A DNA stretch of 64,000 bases from Azolla caroliniana. Taxonomy: Eukaryota > Plantae > Polypodiophyta. The position numbers were made by a program, and so were the translations under genes. The DNA lies in contig JBHGNT010000010.1 of assembly GCA_043228905.1 (NCBI GenBank), positions 7,564,001 to 7,628,000 on the forward strand. Reading direction: 5' to 3'. Below the pieces are notes generated by a model. It was not told where the DNA came from and did not search any database. It was given only the letters and a program-made list of their open reading frames with translations. Positions 1-14,339 of this stretch are shown here, one piece after another. The number at the start of each line of letters is the position of its first letter. The first letter of the stretch is position 1.

Positions 1-38
1 CTACTTCCAAAACACTGGCGACACATTCCAACACTAGT

Positions 39-533
39 GTGGAAATCCAAAAGTTTGACAAAAAGAACTTTGCCTTGTGGAAGGAAATGATGCAAGATGT
101 GCTGATAAATCGACGACAAATAAAAGCCATACGACATAGTGCTCGACATGCTTCAATGTCAACCAAGGAGTGGAGATCCATGAACGAAATTGCCAAATCC
201 ACTATTAGAATGCACTTGGCTGAAAGCGTTTATTGTAGCCTGGCAAAGGAGACATTTGCATTCTCTTTGTGGGAGAACCTTTAGGCTGTGTTTGAGAAAA
301 AGTCCTCATTGAAGCTCATACGGATTTGATACCTATTCAACATGAAGATGAGAGAGATGGATTCGGCGACCTCCCACATCAACACCTTCAACCGGGTGTT
401 GTCTGAGCTCTCCTCCCAAGGGATTAACTTCGAAGAAGCTGTTAAAGCCCTTGCCCACCTTTCATGCTTGATGGCAAGTTGGGAGGTATTCTGCCCGACA
501 TTCCCCAACAACTATCCAACTCAATTTGGATGA
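39..533 (+). pseudogene. Ty1/copia gag fragment (decayed)
   Basis: IQKFDKKNFALWKEMMQD...KSTIRMHLAESVY...MKMREMDSATSHINTFN resembles the copia gag at 56842-57252; it has stops and no visible LTR. Confidence 0.75.
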
Positions 534-2401
534 AACAATCAGACAAGTTCTCATTGAGGATATTCGGAAATCGATGGGCCTCACCATCGATATCCGATGG
601 TGAGGCCCGCCACTCGACCGAGCCAGCCGGGAGAGTCGCCCAAAGCATTAGGATGTGTAGCTTCCTTTAACATAATCCGTAGCCCCGAGCATCCAATTGT
701 CCTCGAATTGCCATGGTTTGAGCTACATAACCCAAGAATCGATTCGAGGAGGTGAGAAATTGGGTGCCCTTGAACGGAAAACATAGTTACTAAGGATCGT
801 GTTGGGAATTCAGTCCCTCCGGATGGGATCTGGATACCGGATCGAATGGATCCGGAAGGTATCTAGATGGATCCGGTATGAACATATTTGTAAATATGTT
901 TCTGATGTGCCTGTCATGGAAATATTTGTAAATATTTGGAAATATTTGTAAATAGTCCTAAAGTCATATACGTATAAATATGACTTAGGGCAATCACTTT
1001 GTGTAGGAGAGTTGTTGGTTGTTGTCATTATTATTGTATAGAGTGTAGAGAGATAGAGAGAGAGATACAGAAAGTATTTTTTGTTATAACCGTTGGTTGG
1101 CGAAGGTATAGAGCTCGAGGTTGTTGCCTCTAAGTCTCTCATTGTAACCTTTTTCTTCTCATAGTGACAGTTGGAGTTTGTGGGCTCCCGTGGTTTTTTC
1201 CCTATTAGGGTTTTCCACGTAAACATCTAGTGTTGTCTCATACTGTGTAAGTGCATTAATTGTATTACTATTTTTTGCTTTCTTCCATTAAGTGATTGAG
1301 ACTTGGTTGTGGTCGAGCACTATTCCGCACAAACTGGTATCGGAGCAAAGGTTCTAAAACTTGAAGAAAATGGAAGAGTCATTCGGAAGCATGTTCAAGC
1401 TCACCGACTCCAACTACCCAGTGTGGAAGTCAAAGATGAAGGACATGCTCATGGTCAAAGATCTCTGGTTGCCGGTATAGTTCGGGGATAAGAAACCGGA
1501 CAAGATCGATGTCATGACGTGGGAGGTGATGCACATGAAGACGACGACTTACATCCGGTGCTTCATCGACATGAGCCTGTACAACAACTTTAATGAAGAA
1601 AGCAAGGCTCATGTGCTCTGGGAGAAAATCAGCACCATGCTGGAGAGTAAAAACGCTGTAAATTGGGTTTTGGTATTCCGGAAGTTAGTGAGACTCCGGT
1701 ACCAAGACGGATCCAGCATGGCGGAGCACATGAATGGATTCCAAGGGCTCATAAATCAAACAACCTCACTTGAAGTACCTCTAGTCAATGAGGTACTTGC
1801 GTTGCTCCTACTCGGTTCCCTCTTGAATAGTTGGGAGACGCTAGTTGTCACTTTGGGCAACACCGGGCCGGAAGGAAAACAATTGTCCTAGTAAGGGTAA
1901 AATCAAGCTTGTTGGATGAAGAAGCTCGACGGAAGGACCGGGAGTCCAAAACCGATCCGAAGGCCTTGGTTATGGAAGACGACCATAACCGGGGAAGAGG
2001 CCGGAATTGGAGTCCCTCGAACTGGAACAAATTGGGGACGAGGTCGAAGTCAAGGGGGAGGCCCACTTGCTTTTATTGTGGAAAGCCAGGTTCCAGAAGA
2101 ATTGTCGACACTTCAGGAAGGAGAAAGGAACTGACAGTGCCGAATCGAAGAAGGGTTCGGACCGGAGTTTGGATCGGAAAGGAACGTTGGCGATCGCGAC
2201 AAGTGAAGAAGAACTGATGCTAATCACTGAGGAGAGTCAGCTGCATCTTGTTAGCGATGAAACGACCTGGGTGGTCGACTTCGGAGCGTCGTTCCATCTG
2301 ACTCCCGACTGGAAGTGCTTCTCATCATACAAAGCCGGAAATCACGGGTCTTTTCGCAAGGGAAATGAAGGTGCATGCCGAATTGTTGACATAGGAGACG
2401 T

Positions 2402-3960
2402 TGTCGTGATGTTTCTAACACATAATGTGAAACCACCCTCGAATAGAAGTAAAATAGTAGTTCAAATAAACTAGTATTGTGAAGTCAACTTTATTGGTAG
2501 AAAAATTACTTTTTCATTTTCCAAAGATAATTCATTATAAATAAACGGTCAAAGGATTGAACCTTACAATAAACAATGATGAATATTAAATTAGAGGCGG
2601 GTTTCAAAAGTAGACAAAAGTAGAGAAAAAGATGGAGAGAAAAAAAAACACGCGTGGATATGAGGAGCACAGTCGAGAAAAAAGCTCATAATTTCTTCGT
2701 CAGATGTCCAAATTAGAAAAGAAAAGATGCATAAGAAAGCTTTCCAAGATTATCTTGCATGTGAAATTTGGGGCTAGAAAACAGAAATAGTGAGGAAAAG
2801 AAAAGTCGACTCATATAGACAAGCTTTTTTTTAAGGGGAAAAAGGCAAGCAATCCTAAACCTATAAATAAGAGCCTATTCTAGTGAAGAAGGGGGGGAGG
2901 GAGAAGGAACACGGAAGCTCTACTCGATTGGAAAGTGGAAGAAGAAGGATCAACAACATCGAGAGACATCATCAACAAAGAAACTCCTTCTATACTCCAC
3001 TCTCTTCTTTCCTCCACCTCTCTTCCCCCATTCATTTATAAACAATCCTTCATATTCGCATCCAACCCATTGTAACATGATTCTTATATTATAAAAGAAT
3101 CTATTATATTGATATAAACTAATGTTTTCTTTCGTCTACTTGTCTTATGTGTAAATCTTGATTGTGCTTATTTGTTATCGTCATTTGTGCTTATTTTGTT
3201 TGTGTGTCTTGTGACAAGGGAGCATTTCGGGCTTGCCCATGCACCTCTCCTTTCACAAAGGCATTCAAACCTACATGTCTTACATGTTATCGTCGTTTGT
3301 GCTTATTTTCTTGTGTGTCTTGTGACAAGGGAGCGTTTCAGGCTTGTCCATGCACCTCTCCTTTCACAAAGGCATTCAAACTTACGTGTCTTGCGTGTTA
3401 GTGTAAAACTTGCTTGTGTGTTCGTGCAACTTGTGGCAAGGGAGTGTTCGGGCTTGCCCATGCACCTCTCCTTTTACAAAGGAGTTCGAAATTGTTTCTC
3501 CCATGTGTAAACCTTGCTTGTGTGTTCGTGCGACTTGTGGCAAGGGAGCGTTCGGGCTTGGCCATGCACCTCTCCTTTCACAAAGGCATTGAAATTGTGT
3601 CTCCTGTGTATAAACCTTGCTTGTGTGTTTGTGTGTTTTGTAACAAGAGAGCGTTCGGGCTTTGCCCATGCACCTCTCTTTTCACAAAGGCATTCGAAAC
3701 TCTGTCTCTCGTGTGTGTAAGTAAGCCTTTTCCTTGTGTGTCAGTGTGTAAGCCTTCCTCATGTGCCTTCGTTCGCCTTGTGACTAGGGTTTGATTCAGG
3801 CTTGCTCATGCACCTCTCCTTTTCACAAACACGTTTGAATACTCGTGCCTTGTTTGTATAAGAATTCCTTGTGTTGTGCGTGTAAGCCCTATTTCCTTCC
3901 CGTCCATAATCCCGATGGTTCCGCCTCACGATCCGCACATAGTGACGGATTTTCACGACA
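2402..3960 (+). mobile_element. Solo-LTR-like TG...CA insertion with a 4-bp TSD, inside the copia C pol gene just downstream of the protease motif
   Basis: Ends are TGTCGTGA...TCACGACA with ACGT on both flanks (2398-2401, 3961-3964). Removing it restores GDVWLTT. It contains CTATAAATA at ~2861 and internal tandem repeats. Confidence 0.85.
3180..3835. repeat. ~6 tandem copies of a ~110-120-bp unit inside the solo LTR
   Basis: Recurrent core TGTGACAAGGGAGCGTTCGGGCTTGCCCATGCACCTCTCCTTTCACAAAGGCATT. Confidence 0.85.
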
Positions 3961-4422
3961 ACGTGTGGTTGACGACGTCAACCGGGTGCAAGTTGCTACT
4001 GAAGGATGTCCGACACGTTCCAGAGGTTCGGTTGAACCTGATATTAGCCGGTATGCTAGATGATGAAGGCTACAGGGGTAGCATCCGGAATGGAGTCATG
4101 AAGTTCTTCAAAGGAAGCCTGATCGTGTCTCAAGCCACACTGTACCTGATGCATGCCCGGGTTTGCCAAGAGGAAATGAACGTGGCATCCGAAAATGCCG
4201 GTGAGCTATGGCACAAGATGTTGTGTCACATGAGCCAGAAAGGGATGAGAAGACTTGCCGAAGATAACCTCATTCCGGAGGTGAAAGACATACATCTTGA
4301 GAAGTGCACCGACTGCTTGGCCGACGAGCAGAACAAAACTTCTTTCCGGTCTAGACCACCGTTGAGACGGAATGCACCACTAGAACTTGTGCATACTGAT
4401 GTATGCCAAGTGGACACGAAGT

Positions 4423-4980
4423 CACATGCCGGATCGTAGTACTTCGTGACGTTCATACACGACCACAACCGGAAGCTATGGATCTCACTACTGAAGATGA
4501 AGGACCAGGTGTTATCCGTCTTCAAGGAATTGCACGAGAGAGTGGAAAGGGAAACCGGACGGAAGCTGAAGGCAGTTCGAGCGGACAACAGAAGAGAATA
4601 CCAGGGGCAGTTCAAGGAGTATTGCTAGTAGAAGGGAATCCGACTCGAATTCACCGTGCTGAAGACACCGGAGCTGAATGGATTGGCCGAAAGAATGAAC
4701 CACATGCCGGATCGTAGTACTTCGTGACATTCATACACGACCACAATCTGAAGTTGTGGGTCTCACTGCTGAAGATGAAGGACCTGGTGTTATCCGTCTT
4801 TAAGGAATTCCACACGAGAGTGGAAAGGGAAACCGGCCGGAAGCTAAAGGCGGTTCGAGCCGACAACAGAGGAGAATACGAGGGGCAGTTCGAGGAGTAT
4901 TGCCGGTAGAAGGGAATCCAACTCGAATTCACCGTGCCGAAGACACCAGAGTTGAACGGATTGACCAAAAGAATGAACCA
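4423..4980 (+). repeat. 278-bp tandem duplication within the copia C integrase
   Basis: CACATGCCGGATCGTAGTACTTCGTGAC starts at both 4423 and 4701, and the ORF track shows two TFIHDHN.KLW...EYC peptides. Confidence 0.9.
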
Positions 4981-7165
4981 GACTGTGATGGAGAGTGTCC
5001 GGAGTATGCTGGCACATGCCAAGTTGCCCAAGACGTTTTGGTCTAAGGCATTGATGATGGCGACCTATGTGATAAACGGATCACCTTCAGCACCCTTGGA
5101 AGGAGACTCACCGCAGAAAGTATGGACCGGTAAAGACGTGTCTTACCGGCATCTGAAGGTGTTCGATTGTCTCGCTTACGTGCATGTTGCAAAGAACAAG
5201 AGAGAGAAATTGGATCTGAAGTCCCGCCCATGCATATTCCTTGGATACGACGATGATGAGTTCGGCTACTGGGTGTACAAGAAGGTCTTCTGGAGTCGAG
5301 ACATAGTCTTCATGGAAGATAGGACAATATCTGAATGGGAGTCAGAGAAGAAGATAGCGAACTCCAGGTCGATGGATAGAGATGCAAGGACCCATCCGGC
5401 CGGAAGCCGGACACTCGAAGAACCGACCGAATTAGGACAAGTAACCGAACAGATCGAAGAAGAAGAATCGGGCACCGAAACCGGACAGGACCCCAAATCA
5501 GATTCAGATGAGGAACAAACGGAGTAACCGGTGGTCGAAAATCAAGGACAACGATATCCTCTTAGAGAGAGAAGCCCCCCCCGAAGATTTCCGGATGGAG
5601 AGCATGTGCTGCTGACCGATGAGGGGGAGCCGGAAAGTTTCGAAGAAGCAAAGAAAGACACCCACACCCACAAGTGGTTAAGTGCCATGTAGGATGAGAT
5701 AGATTCCCTGCATGAGAACCACACATATGAATTGACAGAGTTGCTAAAAGGAAAGAGAGCGCTCCGAAACAAGTGGGTGTACAAGCTGAAACCAGGAGAC
5801 GTTGGAAATCCACCAAGGTACAAAGCCCGGATCGTGGTGAAGGGGTTTCAATAGAAGAAAGGAGTGGATTTCAACGAGTTCTTTGCCCCAGTAGTGAAGA
5901 TGACATCCATCCGGATGGTGTTGAGCATAACGGCAAGCATGGACCTCGAGGTAGAGCAACTAGACGTCAAGACGGCGTTCCTACATGGCGACCTGGAAGA
6001 AGAGATCTACATGCAACAATTGGAAGGATTCGTCAAGAAAGGGAAGGTGCACCTTGTGTGTTGGTTGAAGAAGAGCCTATACGGATGGAAGCAAGCTCCC
6101 CGACAATGGTACCGGAAGTTCGACTCCTTCATGACCGATCAAGGACACCACAAGACGCACGCCGACCATTGCGTATTTGTGAAGAAGTTCGACGAAGGAG
6201 ACTTCTTGATACTCTTGTATGTGGATGACATGCTGATTGTCAGACAGGACCATACGAAGATCTGAGTGTTGAAGAAGGCCATGCGCATATCATTCTGGAT
6301 GAAGGATATGGGTCCGACAAAGAAAATCCTAGGGATGCACATTGTTTGGGATCGGAAAAAGAAATTGTTGTGGCTGTCACAAGTAAAATACATGAAAAAG
6401 GTGCTCTAGTGATTCGACATGGAAAGTGCGAAACCGGTTGGCTCAACACTGCCGACAAATTGCAAGCTAAGCAAAGAACAATGTCTGAAATTGAAAACCG
6501 AGAAGGCCAAGATGTCAAAAGTTCCTTATGCCTCGACGGTTGGAAGCCTGATGTATGCGATGGTATGTATCAGGCCGAATAGAGGATAGGAGTCGGTGTG
6601 GTTAGCCGATATATGAGCAATCCCGGTAGAGAGCATTGGGCTGCTGCAAAGTGGATACTTCAGTATCTAAGAGGCACCTCGAGTGTGTGTCTTCATTTCA
6701 GTTTGGGTAACCCCACATTGGAAGGTTGTACTGACTCAGACATGTCGGCTGATGTGGATACTAGCCGATCCACGTCCGCGTACATAATGACTTATGCAGG
6801 GGGAGCTGTTTCGTGGCAGTCGAGGCTACAGAAGGTCGTGACTCTATCGACCAAGGAAGCCGAATATATGGTCACAGTGGACACCGGCAAGGAAATCATA
6901 TGGATGAAGGACTTCATCGGAGAGCTAGGGATCCAACACAAGGAATTCCGGCTCTATTACGACAATCAAAGTGCCATCCACCTCGCGAAGAACGCGGCGT
7001 ACCACTCCAGGACAAAGCACATCCAACGTAGATACCACTGGCTCCAGGAGAGAGTAGAAGATCAAGACTTCGCGTTGTTGAAGATCCACATGGAGGAGAA
7101 CGGGTTGGACATGCTGACCAAGGTGCTGTCAACCGACAACCTAAACCCCCTGTCCCATTGACCTA

Positions 7166-10100
7166 TGTTGAGAATCGAACACAACTTCCGCAATGAAATG
7201 GTTTCACACTAGCCAAAGGACATACTAGCCTTGCATCATGTGTCCATGATCACATGGTCGACTATATTTGAGAGGCGAAAATGTCGAAAGAATCTTGGGG
7301 CAATCTCACGAAGCTTTTTGCGGCCGATATGGTTGCACGAAAGCTCCAACTCTGACATGAGTTGAATAACATGTAACAGAAGGACATGTCAATCACCAGC
7401 TATACCTTGACGATCAAGGAGCTATGTGATGCCCTCGGGTCAAAAAATGTCATCAATGATGATGACGAAATGGTGCAAATATGCCTTAGTGGCTTGGCAC
7501 CTCGATTCAGCACAATGAGATCGGTCATTCTCGCAAGGGAGAGCCCTCCTTCCTTTTTCGACCTTCAATCTACACTACTGGTGGAGGAAAATAATGCCCG
7601 AAAAAGGAGCAATGCACTAGATGGTCAGATGCTCTTCTCCTAGTCAGATCATAGAAGAGGATTTGACCGAGGGCGATAGGGTGAGCTGACCCGAGAACGC
7701 AACTCCCACCAATGGCAAGACGATAGGAACAATCCCAGGGAGTTCACCAGAAGGGGGAGCCATCTTACCGGACCGAGCCATCTCAACGACCCGATCAAAT
7801 GGGGGTAATGTGGGAAGCTCAACCACTATGAAGTGGAGTGCCGAAAGAAGCAACAAGAGTCGGCTTCGACCAGTCGACAACTCACAAACTATGCCACGAA
7901 TTCCGATTATGATGATCATGGAGGGGTGTTCGCAATGAGGCATAAAGCACATTTGATGTCGGCACAGGGCCCGACAAACACCTCCTCCTCAGACGATGTA
8001 TGGTTTGTAGACTCAGGAGCATCCAATCACATGACATCCCATGAAGATTGGTTCCGAGAGTTGAGAAAGCCCTATCGACCCGGCTATGTCCAAACTGGAG
8101 ATGACACAACCCACTAGATTCGGCATATCGGAAATGTCCCATTTGGGAACGATGGCAAACAAACCTACGTAAAGAACATACTACATGTCCCAACCATCAC
8201 GAAAAATCTGGTGTTAGTTGGCCAAATTGTCGAACAAGGCATGCAAGTACGATTCAATAATGAAGGGTGCTTTATTGAGAAAGAAGGTCGATTAGTTGCT
8301 CACGGTCGAAGAGAAGACCGAATGTTCATCCTTGAATCGAATGAGGTGAAGTCATCCATGTTTGCCAAAGGCCTCAAAGTCGAAATTGACTTGAAACTAT
8401 GGCACAAATGAATTGGCCACATCCATCTCCAAAAGCTTAAAGGAATGCAAGCGAAAGGAGTCGTAATTGGACTCCCGAGATTTACTGAAAAGGAGATAGT
8501 AGGTGTATGTGAAGCTTGTCAATTCGGCAAACAACATCGAGAACCATTCCCGAAAGAGAGGAATGTGAGCAAAGGGATCCTGGATGTAGTACATTCAGAT
8601 GTGTGGTGACCAACCCAGACGACAACATTTGGTGGTTGCCGATATTATGTCACGTTCATCGACAACTTCTCGAGGCATTTTTGGATCTATCCCATGAGGT
8701 AGAAAGTGAAGTGTTTGGACACTTCCAAAGGTTTAAAAACGAAGTTAAAAAAGCCACAAGTCGGCATGTTCGATGCCTTCAATCGGATGGAGGAAAGGAG
8801 TATTTCTCGGACAATTTAACAACATATCTCCAAAAGGAAGGAATTCAACGAGAATTCTCATGTTGACACACACCTCAGCAAAATGGAGTAGCCAAATGGA
8901 AGAAATGTCATATAGTAGAGGTGGCAAGAGTAATGATGAACGAGAAGAACCGGCCGAAATCATATTGGGTAGAAGCGGCTAACACAACCGTCTACCTCAT
9001 GAATAAGTGTACAACCTTTGGGGTACACGACATAAACTCTCATGAGAAGTTTTTCAGAAAGAAGCCAGATCTATTACATATTCGGATATTCGGCTCGATC
9101 GCCTACGTGCATATTCCCAACGAGAAGCGACAAAAGCTCGACCCAAAGTTGGAGAAATGTATCCTCATAGGGTACTCACTTGAACAAAAGAGGTACAAAT
9201 GTTACAACCCATCTACCTGAAAAGTTCGAGTGAGTCAAGATGTCGTCTTCGACGAATCGACATCCTGGTACGAACCAGAGACAACACCGACTTTGACCCC
9301 AATAGAACCGAAATTGGCCGAACAAGAACTAGAGAACGAAGATCGACTCAGGCACATGTTTGAAGAAAGGCTAAGTGGACCACAAGAGCCCCCAAATGAC
9401 CAAAGCACATCTCGGCCAAGTTCGAAGCTAGACAAAGGAAAGGCCAAAATGTCGGAATACGAAGATCCGATCGACAATGAGTCAACTCACTATCTTTATA
9501 GTGAGTTCAAGGGCCTGAATATCCCAATCATCCAGAGAAATTGAGTCAAGAAAGACATAGCCCCAGCAAACGAGAAGCTCCTCACTCCACCCGAGAGAAA
9601 AACCCGGTCAGCCGATTCAGCTACAATGAGTATATGGCATATCATTATGCCTTTATTATGAAGGTGGCGAATGTTCGAGAACTGGAAACATTTTCAGAGG
9701 TAGCCAAGGATCCACGATGGATTGAAGCCATGAACGACGAAATGCAGGCTCTACGCAAAAATGAGACATGGGATCTCGTCCCCCATTCTCCACATAAGAA
9801 AGCGATCGGCTACAGGTGGATATATAAAGTAAAATATAATGCCAACGTCTTGGAAAATCTCTTCAAGGATAGACTCGTAGTTAAGGGATATGCCCAGACA
9901 CATGGAGTTGATTACGAGGAAACCTTTGCCCCGGCGGCAAAAATGATGATTGTTCGGACAATTGTTTCCCTTGCAATTGCAAAAAGGGTGGCATCTCCAC
10001 CAAATGGACGTGAAGAACGCCTTTCTACAAGGCGAACTAGAAGAGGAGTTGTTCATGATTCAACCACCCGGTTTCGAATCAACCTGAAACATCCGACAAT

Positions 10101-11679
10101 TGTCTGCCGACTCAAGAAGCCATTATATGGACTCAAGCAAGCACTGCATGGTTGGCATTTGAATCTCACCCAATATCTTCCCCAAATGGGCTTCCAAATA
10201 TCGAAATCGGGCAACTCCCTATACATTCGAAATGAGTTGGACAACCTAATTGTCATCATCTTGTACGTGGATTATCTGGTCATCAGAGGAAAGGATCTCG
10301 CCAACATTAATAAGGTCAAAACGATCGTATCCAGCAGATTCGAAATGAAAGACATCTCGGTATAGAAGTAATTCAGACACCAGTCGACATATTGATCTCT
10401 CAACGACACTACATTCTCAACTTACTCGACAAGTATACGGACTAAGTGCAAACCTGTGCCAACCCCTCTTGATCGAAATCTCAAGCTTGCTACTGATTCG
10501 GGAACAAGATTGTGAGCCAACTCAGTATTGTCAACTGATCGACAACTTAATCTATCTAACCATTACCCGATCTGACCTCAGCTATTCGGTCGGTCTACTT
10601 AGCCAATTTATGTAGAAACCTCGGAACATACATCTTGATTGTCCTAAGAGAGTACTCAAGTACGTTCGTGGGACAATGGAGTACGACATCATGTATAAGG
10701 TCAACATGATCATTAGGCTCGAAGGGTACACAGATGCAGACTGGGCCGACTATAAGGCCGATCGACGATCAACTTCAGGATTCACCTTCTCTCTCGGTAG
10801 CGGTGTGATCTCCTAGAGCAGTAAGAAGCAGTTGGCAGTCACACTATTGAGCACAAAGGCCGAATACAGGGGTGCGATAGTCGCCGCACGCGAGGCTGTC
10901 TGACTAAAGTGCATATTCAAGGATCTGGGCGTTCCCATCAAGGGTTTGATTCTCCTATACTACGACAACATGAGCAATATCTACCTCGCTCGGAACCCTG
11001 TGTTCCACATGCGGACTAAGCATATCGAAGTGCACTATCACTTCATCCGAGAGCATGTTCAAGTTGGAGATGTCGATTTACAACACATTAACATCACTCT
11101 TCAGGTGATCGACAACTTCACAAAAGCCCTGGGTATCGACAAGCTGCAGCAGTTCGCGATGAACCTTGGTCTCTCGATCATCGACCAACCACGCTTGTGG
11201 GGGAGCACTGAAAAACAATAGTGGCCGTTAATGCCGAACAACAATATCCCTTTGTCCGATGACCAAAGGAGTCGAAGTACGATGATAATTGAGTCGAACA
11301 AGGAGCATTGAGTCAAAGCCGTGCCGACTGACCTTTCGAAAGACGACTCAACTAAATCGAAGATTTTCAAAGATCGAATTGAACCAACTTTTTGGCATTA
11401 GGAAGTTGTGTTCGAAGGGGCGTGTTGAGAATCGAACTCAACTTCCCCAATGAAATGGTTTCACACTAACCAGTGGACATACTAGGCTAGTTTTGTAAAT
11501 AGTAGAAAGGGCAATTGCCCTAGACTAGTTAGTATTTAAACCAACCCCTTGTAACTTAGTTATTGTTGGATGTAATCATATTTTTTCTAATACAACATCT
11601 TGTTTTAAGCTCTCCCTCTCCCTCACACACAAAGCTCGCTTCCGTTGCACAACACCACCTACGTCTTTATTTCTTAACA
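7166..11679 (+). mobile_element. Ty1/copia element D (5' LTR mostly deleted)
   Basis: TSD ACCTA (7161-7165, 11680-11684) and 3' LTR 11423-11679. The first ~63 bp at 7166 match the LTR start, then the sequence jumps into gag. PR (WFVDSGASNHMT), INT, RT and RH (RTKHIEVHYHFIRE) are decayed. Confidence 0.88.
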
Positions 11680-13072
11680 ACCTACAACTAGGGAAAGAGC
11701 CACCGTGGGGTCTGATCTACAATCTATCAACAATTGAGCTTGAGGGTCTTCGAGCATACATCGAGGAGAATCTTGCACATGGGTTTATTTGACATTCAAA
11801 GTCTCCAGCTAGTGCTCCTATATTTTTTGTGAAGAAAAAGGACATCTCACTTCGTTTGGTCGTGGACTATCGAGAATTAAACAAAATCACCATAAGAAAT
11901 AGGTATGCTATACCTTTAATCTCCAATCTTTTAGAGCGCATTGGTGGGGTAAAGAATTTTACAAAATTTGATCTAAGGGGTGCATATAATCTTTGTTCAA
12001 ATTCGATTGGGAGATGAGTGGAAAACTTCATTTCGCACTCGATATGGTCATTTCGAGTATACAGTCATGCCTTTCGGGCTCACAAATGCACTCGTAGTTT
12101 TTCAACATATGGCAAATGACATTTTTCGGGACTTTTTGGATATCTTCTCATCATCTATTTAGATGATCTATTGATTTACTCTAAATCACAAGAAGAGCAT
12201 GATATACATGTGTGGAAAGTACTTGAACTCCTTAGAAAGTATGGTCTTTATGCCAAACGTGAGAATTGCAGTTTTGACTACAAACAAATTGAATTCTTGG
12301 GTTATACTATTTCATCCACAAGTATCTTCATGGATCTAGCAAAAGTCCAAACAATATTATAATGACAACCCCCATTTTCTATTCGAGACATCCAATGTTT
12401 CCTTGGAATTTTCAACTTCTGTCACAAATTCATATGGAATTATTCAAAGATTGTGTTGACTCTCACCCAACTCACCAAGAAAAATCAAGCATTTGTTTGG
12501 ACTATTGAAGCAGACAAAGCCTTTACTCAACTGAAAGAGGCATTCACATAAGCTCCTATCTTAGCTCATATTGATCCCAAAAAGCCATTTACCATTGAGG
12601 CAGATGCAACAAAATTTGCATTGGGGAGTATCCTATCACAACCAAGCGAGGATGAGCAATCCTAAACAAATTGTGTTTCACTCGAGAAAATTTACTACTG
12701 CAGAGATAAACTATGAGCTGCATGATAAGGAGTTATTAGATATAGTCGACTCTTTCGAGCAATGGCGACATTCCTTGTCAGGATCGCCTCATCAAATCAT
12801 AATTTATAGTGATCACAAAAATCTTGCTAAAACTATTACCGCCTCCAACCAAGCCATGGTAGTCTATTTCTATGGATTTCATTACAGATTTGTCACCTTC
12901 AAAAGGTTTTGATACTATTTTAACAGTAATGGATCGATTTACCAAGATGACGCATTTTTGCCATGTGTAAAGTAGTCAAGAAACTGTAGATATCATTATG
13001 CGTGATGTGTTTTGACATGGTCTTCCATACGATATAATTATCGATCGTGGTTCTCAATTTATCTCTCACTTT

Positions 13073-13713
13073 ATCCATATGAAATGCTTAAACAAGCATG
13101 TCGAGCTTGGCAATGTGTTGGTGGATATGTATGCAAAATGTGGTGAGCTAGAAAAAACCGTAGGAAGTGTTTGATGAGCTTTGTGTTCGTGACATTGTGT
13201 TTGTGGAATGTTTTGATCTTTGGATATGTTCCGTGAGGGGAAGGAAGCAAAGCTAAAACTTATTTCAAGAAGATGTAGTGGAATCACTTCTTGCCAAATA
13301 CAATCACCTCTATTTGCAGATCAAATGCTTCTTCAAGCATAGGGGCTTTACATAGAGGTGAGAAAATTCACAGTGAAATTGTAAGTGAAAGATTGATCGG
13401 TAAAGTTCAGAAACTAGATATTGCTTTGGTAGATATGTATGTCAAATGTGGTGAAGTAGGAAAAGTACAAAAAGTGCTCAAGGGGCTGCCGGTTCGGGTT
13501 GTGGCTTCTTGGAATGCACTAATTTCAGGATATTCCCAGCATAGATTTGGCCAGGAAGCATGGAATGCTTTTGAACAAATGCAAAATGATGGTCTTTCTC
13601 CGGATTTAAACACCCTTGTAAGTTTGCTAAAGGCCTATGGTAGTGTAGTGGTGGCTGATAACGACATAGAAATTCACAATGAAATCGTGAGTACGAGACT
13701 CTTGGAAGACAAT
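13073..13713 (+). pseudogene. Captured fragment of a PLS-class pentatricopeptide repeat (PPR) gene
   Basis: GNVLVDMYAKCGELE and IALVDMYVKCGEVGKVQKVLKGLPVRVVASWNALISGYSQH.FGQEA...FEQMQNDGLSPD are typical PLS-PPR motifs. The fragment is flanked by the 17-bp direct repeat AATTTATCTCTCACTTT. Confidence 0.88.
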
Positions 13714-14339
13714 AATTTATCTCTCACTTTTGGAAGCCCCTATGGGCAGACCTCAAAATCCTATGCAAACTCTCTTCGGCTTATCATCCACAAACTGATG
13801 GATGAACAAAGCGTATAAATCAAACACTCGAGGAGTATCTTCATTGCTTCATCAGTTATCAACAAGATGATTGGAGTAATATTTTACATCTTGCCGAGTT
13901 TGCGTACAATAACACGGTTCACTCGTCTACCAAGGTTACACCTTTCTTTTCCTACACCGGCAACCATCCGAGATCTTCCCGAGGTCTCACGAAACCCTAG
14001 TGCCGAGCATCACCTTCCTCGACTACAACAAATCTAGTTAGAGTTATCTTCACATATTCAAAAAGCTCAAGCACAACATAAGCACAATGTAGATCACCAT
14101 CGTCTTAAGTCTCCTTTTAAGATTGGTGACTGAGTATAATGGTTGCTTCGTTGTCACATCAAGACTACCTGACCATGTGCTAAGCTCGATTATCAACTCT
14201 TAGGTCCTTTTTTCATCACAACGTGCATTAATGATGCAACATTTCATTTTAAATTCTTCTTGAACACATGCGGCTTCATTGAGTCTTTCATAGCTCTCTT
14301 CTGGAACCTTGCCACACCTCTTCCATTCGAAACCGTGTC

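Larger units (their letters stand above)
800..7145 (+). mobile_element. Ty1/copia element C, 3'-truncated
   Basis: 5' LTR 800-1331 (TG...CA) and PBS TGGTATCGGAGC at 1335-1346 (tRNA-iMet type). Decayed gag (CFYCGKPG), PR (WVVDFGASFH), INT, RT (QLDVKTAFLHG, YVDD) and RH (TKHIQRRYH). No 3' LTR is present. Confidence 0.85.

Noticed and set aside
13291-13818. Intact host PPR gene
   Set aside because: Only a few degenerate motifs are present, with upstream stops, and the ORF runs out into out-of-frame integrase sequence.
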